Below are positions 49,293-58,219 of a DNA stretch of 64,000 bases, piece after piece (position 1 is the first letter of the stretch; every line of letters begins with the position of its first letter). The translations under genes and the position numbers were made by a program. The stretch is from a virus: positions 32,001 to 96,000 of the IMG/VR virus record IMGVR_UViG_3300042307_001176; one strand, given 5' to 3'. The notes under the pieces were generated by a model. It worked only from the letters and a program-made list of their open reading frames with translations. It did not search any database and was not told where the DNA came from.

Positions 49293-49706
49293 ATGGAAAA
49301 AGTAAGCATATATTTAGATGACATAAGAACACCTAATGACGAAAGATGGATAATCTGTAGGGATTATAATGAGTTTGTCAATAAAGTGAATGAGATAGGA
49401 TTAGATAATATTGAGACTATTTCATTGGATCATGATCTTGGCGAGACTGCAATAAGAGAATATTTCAAAAATGTCACAAATAATTACATTCTTGATTATG
49501 CTAATATACACGAAAAAACAGGATACGATTGTGCTAAATGGCTTGTTGAGAAAAGCATAGACACTGGAGTAAATCTTCCAACTATTTTAACACATAGTGC
49601 AAATCCTATAGGTTCTGCAAACATAATGGGATACATAAATAACTATCTGAAAAATAAAAGACTAACACAAAATTGTATAAGAGTTCAGATACCGCATTCA
49701 GCTTAA
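49293..49706 (+). CDS. Cyclic-phosphate-processing receiver-domain protein
   Basis: YLDDIR, ISLDHDLG, TGYD..KWL, HSANP.G. Confidence 0.8.
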   Translation: MEKVSIYLDDIRTPNDERWIICRDYNEFVNKVNEIGLDNIETISLDHDLGETAIREYFKNVTNNYILDYANIHEKTGYDCAKWLVEKSIDTGVNLPTILTHSANPIGSANIMGYINNYLKNKRLTQNCIRVQIPHSA

Positions 49707-49724
49707 ATATATAATATAAAGAGT

Positions 49725-50045
49725 ATGGATTTATTTAAAAGAATATCATCAGCAGTCCTTTTAGCGCTATTGATAGCGTTACCTTTAACACTATTAGAAT
49801 CTCTAATGGTTTACTCGATTATTAATCTTTACCAAATACCATATCTTATTAATTTTCAATATTGTCAAGTTCTAGGAATCAGCTTTATTATGATGATGAC
49901 TAGAAATAGAATAAGAATGCAAGAGGAAAAAGAGGATAAGAAAGATTTTATAAAAGATATCAGTTATCCCAGTTTAAATAGATTATTCAGAGTAGGTTTT
50001 GTATGGTGTATTGCTTTAATTATTCATGAAATATTTTTAAGATAA
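49725..50045 (+). CDS. Membrane protein
   Basis: Three hydrophobic segments. Confidence 0.6.
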   Translation: MDLFKRISSAVLLALLIALPLTLLESLMVYSIINLYQIPYLINFQYCQVLGISFIMMMTRNRIRMQEEKEDKKDFIKDISYPSLNRLFRVGFVWCIALIIHEIFLR

Positions 50046-50049
50046 TATT

Positions 50050-50592
50050 TTGATCAATTCCTTATTAACCATAATAATACCATGTAAAAACTCCTTATAT
50101 GGATTAAAAGACACCATAGAAAACCTATTAGATCAGTTTAAGATCACAGGAACTAGAGTGTTAATATTAGATCTTGGATCTGATGACGGATCATACCAAT
50201 ATGCAGCTCAAGCATCATTTGAGCATTTTAAAAAATTAAAAATTGAATCAATAAAAATAGATGACGATCTTAATCTGTTTAAATTTATTGACGAATTAAG
50301 AACACCCTACTCAATGGTTATTACACCAGGCTCTATTTCCAAGAATCCCGACTTTATTTTTAATTCTATTAATAATATTTCCATAAAAAAAGTTCCTAGT
50401 GTATATTTAAAAAAATATCCAATAGTGAAAAGAATTTTACCCCTTAGAAATATAAGAAATAAAGTATTAGAAATAAATTGTATCGTTTCAGAAAAGAATT
50501 TCCTATGGGAAATTGGATTCAAAAATAATACTCTCTCTATTCACACATCTCAAATATCTAGGGGTAAAATTTCAATAGAAGGAAAATTGTAA
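50050..50592 (+). CDS. Degenerate GT2-like glycosyltransferase
   Basis: LTIIIPCKN, ILDLGSDDGS; no clear DxD motif. Confidence 0.55.
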   Translation: MINSLLTIIIPCKNSLYGLKDTIENLLDQFKITGTRVLILDLGSDDGSYQYAAQASFEHFKKLKIESIKIDDDLNLFKFIDELRTPYSMVITPGSISKNPDFIFNSINNISIKKVPSVYLKKYPIVKRILPLRNIRNKVLEINCIVSEKNFLWEIGFKNNTLSIHTSQISRGKISIEGKL

Positions 50593-50596
50593 TATT

Positions 50597-50803
50597 TTAA
50601 GAAGCAAACACCCTTTTAAGTGTTTTTTCTTTCTGTTCAGATGAACTAATTTCTGAATTTACACTTCTCCAAAGGATATCCAATGGTCTATTTATATCGC
50701 CTCCGTCTTTTTGTACTGATGCAATAAATTTAACCCAAAGCTTAAATTCTCTTTCGTCTCTTACGTTAATTCCCTCTTTTTTTGAGGAATTTCTTGTTGA
50801 CAT
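50597..50803 (-). CDS. Hypothetical protein
   Basis: 68 aa ORF. Confidence 0.55.
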   Translation of the reverse strand: MSTRNSSKKEGINVRDEREFKLWVKFIASVQKDGGDINRPLDILWRSVNSEISSSEQKEKTLKRVFAS

Positions 50804-50917
50804 CTTTTTTAAATTTTAATTAAACTTAGTAATGTTTATGACGCTAAATTAACAATAAGATGTTAATAAAAAAAATAAACTTAAGTAAATTGTAAGTTTT
50901 TTTAGAAAAAAATAGAA

Positions 50918-51220
50918 TTATTTAGAGATTTCGAATAGATCTTTCGCTTTTTTTGCCTTTACTGCATATTCATATAACTCTTTATCTACAAAATATTCTA
51001 TTGCTTTATCCATTGCAGTAGGAATGTCGCTTTTTTTCATATATAATTTAGAGTATATCTCATTATCCCAATAGAACTCTAAGAATGCTGACTCTAATAA
51101 ATTTTCACTCTCCATAAGTTTTAATGCAGTTTCTACAGACCTCACATAAACCTTATCTGGGTTTCTTATCAACCAATCTTCTAAATGGTCTGGATTAACT
51201 TTGTTTATCATTTCAATCAT
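50918..51220 (-). CDS. Hypothetical protein (UVR-like C-terminal helix)
   Basis: AIEYFVDKELYEYA. Confidence 0.6.
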   Translation of the reverse strand: MIEMINKVNPDHLEDWLIRNPDKVYVRSVETALKLMESENLLESAFLEFYWDNEIYSKLYMKKSDIPTAMDKAIEYFVDKELYEYAVKAKKAKDLFEISK

Positions 51221-51464
51221 ATATAAATTTCATACCAAATAAAAAGGGTTTTGTTCCGAAACTAAAGGCGAATAGATTGATAAAAAAAATAATTAAAAAA
51301 TCATAAATTATGTCAATAATCAAATTACCAAAATCGTTAGATCATTTAGAAAATGAGATTAAAATAGATACATTAGCAGATGTAATGAAATTTGAATTCC
51401 TTATGGAATTATATAAGAATCATACATTAGAAGAAATAGAGAAAAAGATAAAAGATTAATAGAA

Positions 51465-52148
51465 TTGAAAAAACTTATTTTTATATCAGATACACACAAT
51501 CAGCATAATAAGATAGAGATCCCTGATGGTGATATTATTATACATTGTGGTGACGTTTCTGGAAGAGGTGATAGAAGGGAAGTTGAATCTTTCCTTGATT
51601 GGTTTTCTGCTTTACCACATAATCATAAAATAATGATACCAGGAAATCATGATTTCTTTTTTGAAAAAGATTATGATACAGCTAAAAATATGGTGGATTC
51701 CAGAGGTATTACATGTCTAATTGATAGCGAAGTAGAAATAGAGGGAATAAGATTTTGGGGATCTCCAATAACACCTTGGTTTAATAATTGGGCTTTTAAT
51801 AGATTTCGAGGATCTGAAATAGAACATCATTGGAATAAAATACCAGACGGAATAGATGTTCTGTTAACACATGGACCACCCGCTTATTTACAAAATCATC
51901 TATCTATGGTATTGGAGGGAGAAGATGTCGGATGCGAGGATCTATATAAAGCAATACAAAGAGTAAAACCAAAAATTAATGCCTTTGGCCATATTCACGA
52001 GGGATATGGTACATCTGAGGAGGAGGGAGTATTATATATGAATTGTAGTGTTGTAAACAGAAGATACTCAATTCAAAATAAACCAATAGAAGTAATATAT
52101 TTAGATGGAGAATTTTCTATTTATAGAGGAGCTACAGAAGGGAACTGA
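51465..52148 (+). CDS. Metallophosphoesterase (MPPED-like)
   Basis: ISDTH, HCGD, GNHD, THGPP, GCE.L, FGHIHEG. Confidence 0.9.
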   Translation: MKKLIFISDTHNQHNKIEIPDGDIIIHCGDVSGRGDRREVESFLDWFSALPHNHKIMIPGNHDFFFEKDYDTAKNMVDSRGITCLIDSEVEIEGIRFWGSPITPWFNNWAFNRFRGSEIEHHWNKIPDGIDVLLTHGPPAYLQNHLSMVLEGEDVGCEDLYKAIQRVKPKINAFGHIHEGYGTSEEEGVLYMNCSVVNRRYSIQNKPIEVIYLDGEFSIYRGATEGN

Positions 52149-52503
52149 TCCTTCTGGCTTCTTTAGAAAACTTTTAGTTTTTAAGAAGTATATAAAATTT
52201 GATGGTAAAAAAATCAAAGGAGAAGTGTGCTATGACGCATATTATAAGGACTTCGAGAACGAAAAAGGACTAAAGTATACTATCTATTGTTATTGCTATG
52301 ATTACAAAGATCTTGTAGATAATCCAGAAAATTTTGAGTTCTGTTTTGAAGTGCAATTAAATACAGGAAGAGGAATTATAGGAGTAGAAGCTATACAGTG
52401 GGATTTTGGAACAAATCCGGATTCACTTATTAATATAGAATTCTTCGAAAAGAAAATAGAAGAAATATGGGAAAAATTTGATTCGTTAAATTTTCCGACT
52501 TAA
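52105..52503 (+). CDS. Hypothetical protein
   Basis: 132 aa ORF. Confidence 0.6.
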   Translation: MENFLFIEELQKGTDPSGFFRKLLVFKKYIKFDGKKIKGEVCYDAYYKDFENEKGLKYTIYCYCYDYKDLVDNPENFEFCFEVQLNTGRGIIGVEAIQWDFGTNPDSLINIEFFEKKIEEIWEKFDSLNFPT

Positions 52504-52515
52504 AATTTAAAAACT

Positions 52516-52761
52516 ATGGATTTAAAAAATTATCTAAACATCTACGAAGAAGACACACAGTCTCTCAAAAAAGCAATCGTTAAAAAAGGCGTAGGAGATA
52601 TGTCTTGGATGAAACACACATTTGTTCCTCTACAGAATGGAGATGAGATTTATCTTCATCCAGATCAAAGCGATGTGTCAGGACATTATCTAAAGATTAT
52701 ACATTCAGAAAATAAATGTATATCTGTTTTTAATAAAACATATTTTGAAATAGTAGATTAG
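52516..52761 (+). CDS. Hypothetical protein
   Basis: 81 aa ORF. Confidence 0.6.
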   Translation: MDLKNYLNIYEEDTQSLKKAIVKKGVGDMSWMKHTFVPLQNGDEIYLHPDQSDVSGHYLKIIHSENKCISVFNKTYFEIVD

Positions 52762-53516
52762 AATTCGAAGAGTCTTTTAATACCTCTATAGCGATTTGAT
52801 AAAGACTCTTTTAATCTTGTAATTGAGATTTCAAATTCTCTACCAAAAACTTTAGGGGCTTCTTTGTAGGATTCTTGTGATTCGTCATTAGAATCTTGAG
52901 TGAATTGCCAATAGAAAGACATTTCTTCTGGTACATTAAATCCATAAAATTCATATACTTGCATTTGTGTCTCTAGAACTGTTTCTCCGTTCCAGTTTTG
53001 TCCTATAATAACACATCCTGCATCTATACCTTCTACAACGTTAATATCTTCCAGTGTTGTTTTTCTATTCTCTATCCAGTTTAATCTTTCAATTAGTTTC
53101 TGATAGAATGCGTTTGCTTGACCCCATCTAACACTTATAAAGAAAACTACCGCATCGGATTCAAAAAGTTCTTTAGTAACTTTCCAAAGTTCATCTTCCT
53201 TGTTATTAAGAGAAGCCCAGCATCTATGATTTCCTGATGGATCTTTTTCTTCGTCTTTTAGTTGTGCACCTTCTACACCACAATTATTACCTTCTACACC
53301 AGATACGTTACCTTCACAAGGAAATATTTTTAATTTAGGTATTTCCAATAGGACAACCTCAGTTGATTCCGCTAATTTTTTCTGTATATCCATTGCAAGA
53401 AGAGTAGACTTAGGTATCTCTTTACTCCCCTCCCATCTATTAGATGTGGTTAAAAATAGTACCTTCTTTTTACCAGAAAGATACTCCATTAATTTTTCTA
53501 ATTGTTCATTTGGCAT
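52758..53516 (-). CDS. Flavodoxin/NADPH-dependent FMN reductase-like protein
   Basis: TTSNR, I.PCEG, D.....L.ESDAVVF...VRWG...KLIERL. Confidence 0.7.
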   Translation of the reverse strand: MPNEQLEKLMEYLSGKKKVLFLTTSNRWEGSKEIPKSTLLAMDIQKKLAESTEVVLLEIPKLKIFPCEGNVSGVEGNNCGVEGAQLKDEEKDPSGNHRCWASLNNKEDELWKVTKELFESDAVVFFISVRWGQANAFYQKLIERLNWIENRKTTLEDINVVEGIDAGCVIIGQNWNGETVLETQMQVYEFYGFNVPEEMSFYWQFTQDSNDESQESYKEAPKVFGREFEISITRLKESLSNRYRGIKRLFEF

Positions 53517-53563
53517 GTATTATATATCCTATCTTTTTAAATACCTTCATGAATATATAGAAT

Positions 53564-53818
53564 ATGAATCATATCCAGATATTTGAAAATTTTATACAAG
53601 GAGGAAGAAAAGAATTTACTGATTCTGAAATTGAATACTACCAGAAATTGTGGGATTGGCTCCATGATAAGTACAGATACAATAAATTCTTTCTAAGTCT
53701 TTGGGATCAGGCTAAGAATAAAAGGTCACTTAGTAATAAACAATGGACTCAGTTAGAATTCCTTCTTAAAAACGGAAAATCTCAATACGAAGCTGGTATT
53801 CTACCTAATAATTATTAA
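53564..53818 (+). CDS. Hypothetical protein (MNHIQIFENF tag)
   Basis: 84 aa ORF. Confidence 0.65.
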   Translation: MNHIQIFENFIQGGRKEFTDSEIEYYQKLWDWLHDKYRYNKFFLSLWDQAKNKRSLSNKQWTQLEFLLKNGKSQYEAGILPNNY

Positions 53819-53856
53819 TCTTACGAAACAAACTTTTTAAAACTGATATAAAAAAT

Positions 53857-54459
53857 ATGTCAACTAATAGAAATTGGGGTAAATCTAATCTTTTTTCGGA
53901 GGGTCATAGAACACATCTTCCTAGAAATTTCTGTTTATTTGATGTTGATGGTATTCTTCTAGACGATAAAAGAAATCCTAAATTTATATACGAGGGAAAA
54001 TATAAAAAAGTATCAAAAAGCAATGGGGACTTTATAGATACATTTTATCAACCAACCAATCTACAAGCTTCATTTCTAAGAAAAATTTCAGAAAAAATAG
54101 GTGTTTATATTCACGAAGAAACAACTAATTCATGGTGGTTTATTAATGACCGCACTTTAGAAGAATGTGAAAATCCCAATCTTGATAAAATAAAAACGGA
54201 GGATAGAGTCTACATTGAGGATATTGTTAATGGATATTCACATAACATTTCTGGCGTATTTGTAAGAACTGAAGGGGAGAAACCTTCTGAGATGGAAAAA
54301 TATGGCGAGCTTATAGCCGATTTAATATCTGTTCCTAAGGTATTAGTTAATGATGTGTTTGAAAGCGATTTTATACACTTTAAAAGAGAAGATAAACAAG
54401 TTAAATGTGAATCTGAATCCCTTTGGGATACCACATGGAAGGATTTAGAGTTAATCTAA
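53857..54459 (+). CDS. Hypothetical protein, possible PD-(D/E)xK fold
   Basis: DVDG...YEGK. Confidence 0.55.
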   Translation: MSTNRNWGKSNLFSEGHRTHLPRNFCLFDVDGILLDDKRNPKFIYEGKYKKVSKSNGDFIDTFYQPTNLQASFLRKISEKIGVYIHEETTNSWWFINDRTLEECENPNLDKIKTEDRVYIEDIVNGYSHNISGVFVRTEGEKPSEMEKYGELIADLISVPKVLVNDVFESDFIHFKREDKQVKCESESLWDTTWKDLELI

Positions 54460-55200
54460 ATCAAACTGGCCATCTAAGAAATCATTAAAATATTCATTAG
54501 AGTTATTCCAAAAATCATCTATAGATTTTTTAACCTTAATTAGGTGAGTTTCTAATACATTCAATTCTTCAATCAGTAATTCTAGATTAGGCTTACATGT
54601 ATTGAATTCTTCTTCTAAAATTTGAATATCTTCGGGTATTGGAGTTTTTATATTGAATGACTTTAGCATTCTTAATCCTTTTCCTCCTTTTTTTTGGAAT
54701 TCTTTCCACTCATTAAAATCTTCATCATCTACCCGATTTGCATATAAATTATAATCTGTTATGTCATCATCTATTGTTTCCTCAGTGTATTTAATTATTC
54801 TTTCGTTATATTTTAGAATTAACCATCCTCCACTTCTGCCTCCTTGTGACCAATCATCAAAGATATTATCGTTTTCTATTATATCATCTCCGTACATTTC
54901 TAATTGATCACTTAAGAAAAGATACCAAAGATCTTCTATCTCCTCTTTTGTAGTATTATATTTTTCAGCAAGATTATCTAGATCTGGCCAAGATCTTGTT
55001 TTTATATCAAACTCAAATCCGTCATCACTTCTTCTACCATATCCGTATGTTTCTTTTAATTCATTAGATTTATCTAGAATATTTTCTGCTAATTCACCAA
55101 GTTCTTTACTCCATTCGAACCTTTCATCTAAACCAAAATATTTCATAGTTTGATCAACAGATTCATTTAGAAATTCTGAGAATTTTAGTATTCTTAGCAT
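54451..55200 (-). CDS. Acidic hypothetical protein (MLRILKFSEFLNE tag)
   Basis: GGRSGGWL; start at 55200 just after GATATATA. Confidence 0.7.
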   Translation of the reverse strand: MLRILKFSEFLNESVDQTMKYFGLDERFEWSKELGELAENILDKSNELKETYGYGRRSDDGFEFDIKTRSWPDLDNLAEKYNTTKEEIEDLWYLFLSDQLEMYGDDIIENDNIFDDWSQGGRSGGWLILKYNERIIKYTEETIDDDITDYNLYANRVDDEDFNEWKEFQKKGGKGLRMLKSFNIKTPIPEDIQILEEEFNTCKPNLELLIEELNVLETHLIKVKKSIDDFWNNSNEYFNDFLDGQFDLD

Positions 55201-55245
55201 GAAACTATATATCATCTTTTTGTCTATGATAGAGAAAAAATTATT

Positions 55246-55620
55246 ATGCCTAAGAGTAAAGTAAGAAAGAAAAAAGGTAAGCCAGTAAAATATACACCAA
55301 AACCTACTGGCATTTCTAAAACAAAAATGAAAAAATTAATGGAGTTAATTGCACAGCAGCAGGAATTAATGAAAGAAGCTCCAGAAACTCCAGAAATTAG
55401 AGAAGGTAAAGGTGCTTTGCACATTTCAGAAGACTTCACAAAGAAATTAAATGTTCTAGCTACGGATCAAATTAATGAAGGTCCCGAATTACAAGAAAAT
55501 GAAGATTCGAATAATAAATTTTCTGATGAATCAGGGGATTTACCAACAATTGTTGTGGAAAATGAAGACTTAGAAATTTCTGAAGAAAATGAAGGACCAG
55601 TTTCTTCAGAAAGTGAATAA
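55246..55620 (+). CDS. Hypothetical protein, basic N terminus and acidic C terminus
   Basis: 124 aa ORF. Confidence 0.65.
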   Translation: MPKSKVRKKKGKPVKYTPKPTGISKTKMKKLMELIAQQQELMKEAPETPEIREGKGALHISEDFTKKLNVLATDQINEGPELQENEDSNNKFSDESGDLPTIVVENEDLEISEENEGPVSSESE

Positions 55621-55669
55621 TTTTTTATTCTGCTAATGGTTATATACCATAAAGAAATAATCTATAAAA

Positions 55670-55987
55670 ATGACAATTAATAGTGATGAACAATTAAATG
55701 AAGCAATAAATAATGATAAGGAGACTTTAATTCTTTTCTCTGCAGATTGGTGTGGACCATGTAAAATTCTTAAACCCACTCTAGCAAAAGTCGAAGAATC
55801 TCTTTCTGAATCATATAATTTCATTAAAGTTGATATTTCAGAAGTGGAAGAAAACACAAAAAAATTTAATATCAGAAACATTCCCACTTGCATTTTAACT
55901 AAAGGGGGAAAAGAAATTTCAAGATTCTCTGGCGTAAAAACTGAAGATCAAATAAAAAAATTCTTAGAGGAATATATAATAAATTGA
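55670..55987 (+). CDS. trxA: Thioredoxin
   Basis: FSADWCGPCK, IPT. Confidence 0.92.
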   Translation: MTINSDEQLNEAINNDKETLILFSADWCGPCKILKPTLAKVEESLSESYNFIKVDISEVEENTKKFNIRNIPTCILTKGGKEISRFSGVKTEDQIKKFLEEYIIN

Positions 55988-55996
55988 AACTTTTAG

Positions 55997-56035
55997 TATA
56001 TTTGCGAATATTATTAAAAACACGTTCTTTAACAT
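55997..56035 (+). promoter_or_regulatory. Bacteroidota -7 promoter element plus boxA-like antitermination site
   Basis: TATATTTG at 55997; GTTCTTTAACAT at 56024. Confidence 0.65.
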
Positions 56036-56041
56036 ACTTAT

Positions 56042-56264
56042 TTTCTTGAAGCGGTTTAGAGGGTTACTTCATATAATCGATGAAAAGATTAGTTCTCCGG
56101 TTCTAATCTACATAGGTTCTCAGTACTGCTATAGATGAGACGCTTTTATTTTCGTAAGGATTTAAAAGAAGAATACAGTAGCTCGGTTCAATTCACTGGA
56201 CTAGAAATAAAGGAATGATTACCTCCCATAAGGAGGGACCACCTTTTAAAGATTTCTCAAGAAA
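56042..56264 (+). ncRNA. Candidate Y-like RNA 1 (long form)
   Basis: tttcttga/tcaagaaa stem, AGCGG internal loop, tttagagggt/accttttaaa stem, TACTTC, multi-hairpin insert. Confidence 0.7.
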
Positions 56265-56280
56265 GTATTATTAATAAAAT

Positions 56281-56351
56281 AAACTCCGACGCGGGAATAA
56301 GGATTACATCATACAGGAAATAAAAACATCCTTATTTAATATTCTCGGTTT
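56281..56351 (+). ncRNA. Candidate Y-like RNA 2
   Basis: ccga/tcgg, CGCGG, gaataaggat/atccttattt, TACATC. Confidence 0.7.
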
Positions 56352-56360
56352 TTAAATTAT

Positions 56361-56436
56361 TATTCTGAAGCGGGGTAAAGAGTTACTTCTTATAAATTTG
56401 CACGAAACAACACTCTTCATCAATATACTCAGAATA
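56361..56436 (+). ncRNA. Candidate Y-like RNA 3
   Basis: tattctga/tcagaata, AGCGG, ggtaaagagt/actcttcatc, TACTTC. Confidence 0.7.
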
Positions 56437-56443
56437 TAACTTT

Positions 56444-56479
56444 AAGGGGTTTGGACGCTATGCGACTGAACCCTTTTTT
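56444..56479 (+). terminator. Terminator-like hairpin between the RNA array and the TROVE gene
   Basis: aaggggtttgg...ctgaacccttt with T run. Confidence 0.6.
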
Positions 56480-56505
56480 ATTGCGTAACGATTAAAAATA
56501 AATAT

Positions 56506-58152
56506 ATGTCAAGACTAGGCGAATTTGCTGACAAAAAAACAGCAATGCAAATTTTACAAAACTCCTCTTACGGAGCACTAGGAGTAGAGAACTTCATGGG
56601 TGGAACATCTTATTCTTTATCCCCACTGAACACATTAAAGATTGTTGCTGCGTCTTCAATCTTTGGAGAACCACAGTATTATAGAGATGGACTTGGATCA
56701 CCTAAAAATCTTAGTACAATTTTAGAGTATTCAATACTTTCACCGCTGTTCAAAAAAGAATCAGGAGAAGTTATAGACAATATGACTTCATTGGACATAT
56801 TTGAAATTGCCATACAAGCAGCTTTAGACTTTGACTTTAAAGCAACATTAGATTTGACATTAGAACTTCGTAACGAGTACTACATGCGTCTAAATCCTGC
56901 TGTAATATTCATGAAAGCGAGTATGCACGAAGGACGTCAGGAGTTCAACGAGAAAAATCCAGGTTACATGAAAAAGATAGGTAAATCTATTGCTCTACGT
57001 CCAGACGATTTGACCAACCAATTCGAATACTACATGTATAAGAATTCGTCTAAAAAAGGTCTTTCATCATTAGTGAAAAGAACTTGGGCAGAAAAACTTG
57101 CAGAATTCTCTCGTTACCAATTAAACAAATACAAAGGTAAAAGTCTAATTGATCTTGTTCGTATCTCGCATGCTAAGAGTGAAGATATTAACGAGCTAAT
57201 GACAACAGGAGGATTAAAAGTATCTGACGCAGAGAAAACTTGGGAGAATCTAAAATCAGAAGGAAAAAACTGGAGAGATATCACAGACACAATCTTGATT
57301 CCCCATATGGCTCTTTTAAGAAACCTTAGAGGTATTTTTACTGAGATCGAAGATCCTTCAACTACAGCAAGAATCTTAGCTCAATTAAAAGCTGGAGTTA
57401 TTAAAGGTAAACAATTTCCTTTCAGATATTGGTCAGCTTATAAAGCAGTATCAAATTCTCAAATACATCACAAACAACTTGTATTGGATACATTAGAAGA
57501 GTGTCTAGATATTTCAGTTGAGAACATGCCTAAATTAGGAGGTAAAACTGTGTGTCTTTCTGATAACTCAGGATCTGCATGGAGTGCTTTCAATAGCGAA
57601 TATGGATCAGTTACTGTTGCCGAAATTGCTAACTTGTCATCTTTGATCACTTCACTCCAATCTGATTCAGGGGAAGTTGGAGTATTTGGAGATAATCTTT
57701 CGTTAAAAGGAGTATCTAAAAGAAATGGGCTTCTTACACAATTGGAAGAGACATCAGAAAGAGGTAGAGCTCAAGGAGGTGGTACAGAAAATGGTATTTG
57801 GGTATTCTTTGATGATGCTATCAAAAAAGGAACACAATATGACAATATCTTCATCTACTCCGACATGCAAGCAGGACATGGTAATCTTTATGGACACAGA
57901 GAAACAGTAGGGAGAACTAATTTTGTTCATTCAACGAAAGGAGGGACATACATTGACGTACTTGCAATGGCTCAAGAATATAGAAACAAAGTTAACCCTA
58001 AAGTGAATTTATTCACTGTACAAGTTGGTGGTTATAATAACAGTGTTCTACCAGAATCATTATACAGAGGAGCAATTTTAGCTGGATGGACAGGTAAAGA
58101 GCCGGTTTTTGCTAAAGCAATTATAGATGCTTGGGATTCAGAAGAAGCATAA
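56506..58152 (+). CDS. rsr: TROVE-domain Ro60/Rsr ribonucleoprotein with vWA domain
   Basis: NFMGG.SY, DLVRISH, PHMALLRNLR, QFPFRY, DNSGS (MIDAS), SDMQ, GW. Confidence 0.9.
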   Translation: MSRLGEFADKKTAMQILQNSSYGALGVENFMGGTSYSLSPLNTLKIVAASSIFGEPQYYRDGLGSPKNLSTILEYSILSPLFKKESGEVIDNMTSLDIFEIAIQAALDFDFKATLDLTLELRNEYYMRLNPAVIFMKASMHEGRQEFNEKNPGYMKKIGKSIALRPDDLTNQFEYYMYKNSSKKGLSSLVKRTWAEKLAEFSRYQLNKYKGKSLIDLVRISHAKSEDINELMTTGGLKVSDAEKTWENLKSEGKNWRDITDTILIPHMALLRNLRGIFTEIEDPSTTARILAQLKAGVIKGKQFPFRYWSAYKAVSNSQIHHKQLVLDTLEECLDISVENMPKLGGKTVCLSDNSGSAWSAFNSEYGSVTVAEIANLSSLITSLQSDSGEVGVFGDNLSLKGVSKRNGLLTQLEETSERGRAQGGGTENGIWVFFDDAIKKGTQYDNIFIYSDMQAGHGNLYGHRETVGRTNFVHSTKGGTYIDVLAMAQEYRNKVNPKVNLFTVQVGGYNNSVLPESLYRGAILAGWTGKEPVFAKAIIDAWDSEEA

Positions 58153-58170
58153 TAAATACTACTAATTATT

Positions 58171-58197
58171 AAAATCCCTAGAGATAGGGATTTTTTT
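58171..58197 (+). terminator. Intrinsic terminator
   Basis: aaaatcccta-gaga-tagggatttt plus T tract. Confidence 0.85.
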
Positions 58198-58219
58198 GTG
58201 TGCTTTGGATAAATAGTAT

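Noticed and set aside
56042-56436. CRISPR array interpretation of the repeated GAAGCGG...TTACTTC units
   Set aside because: The repeats are not identical, spacing is very uneven, each unit pairs end to end with covariation, and there are no cas genes in the window.
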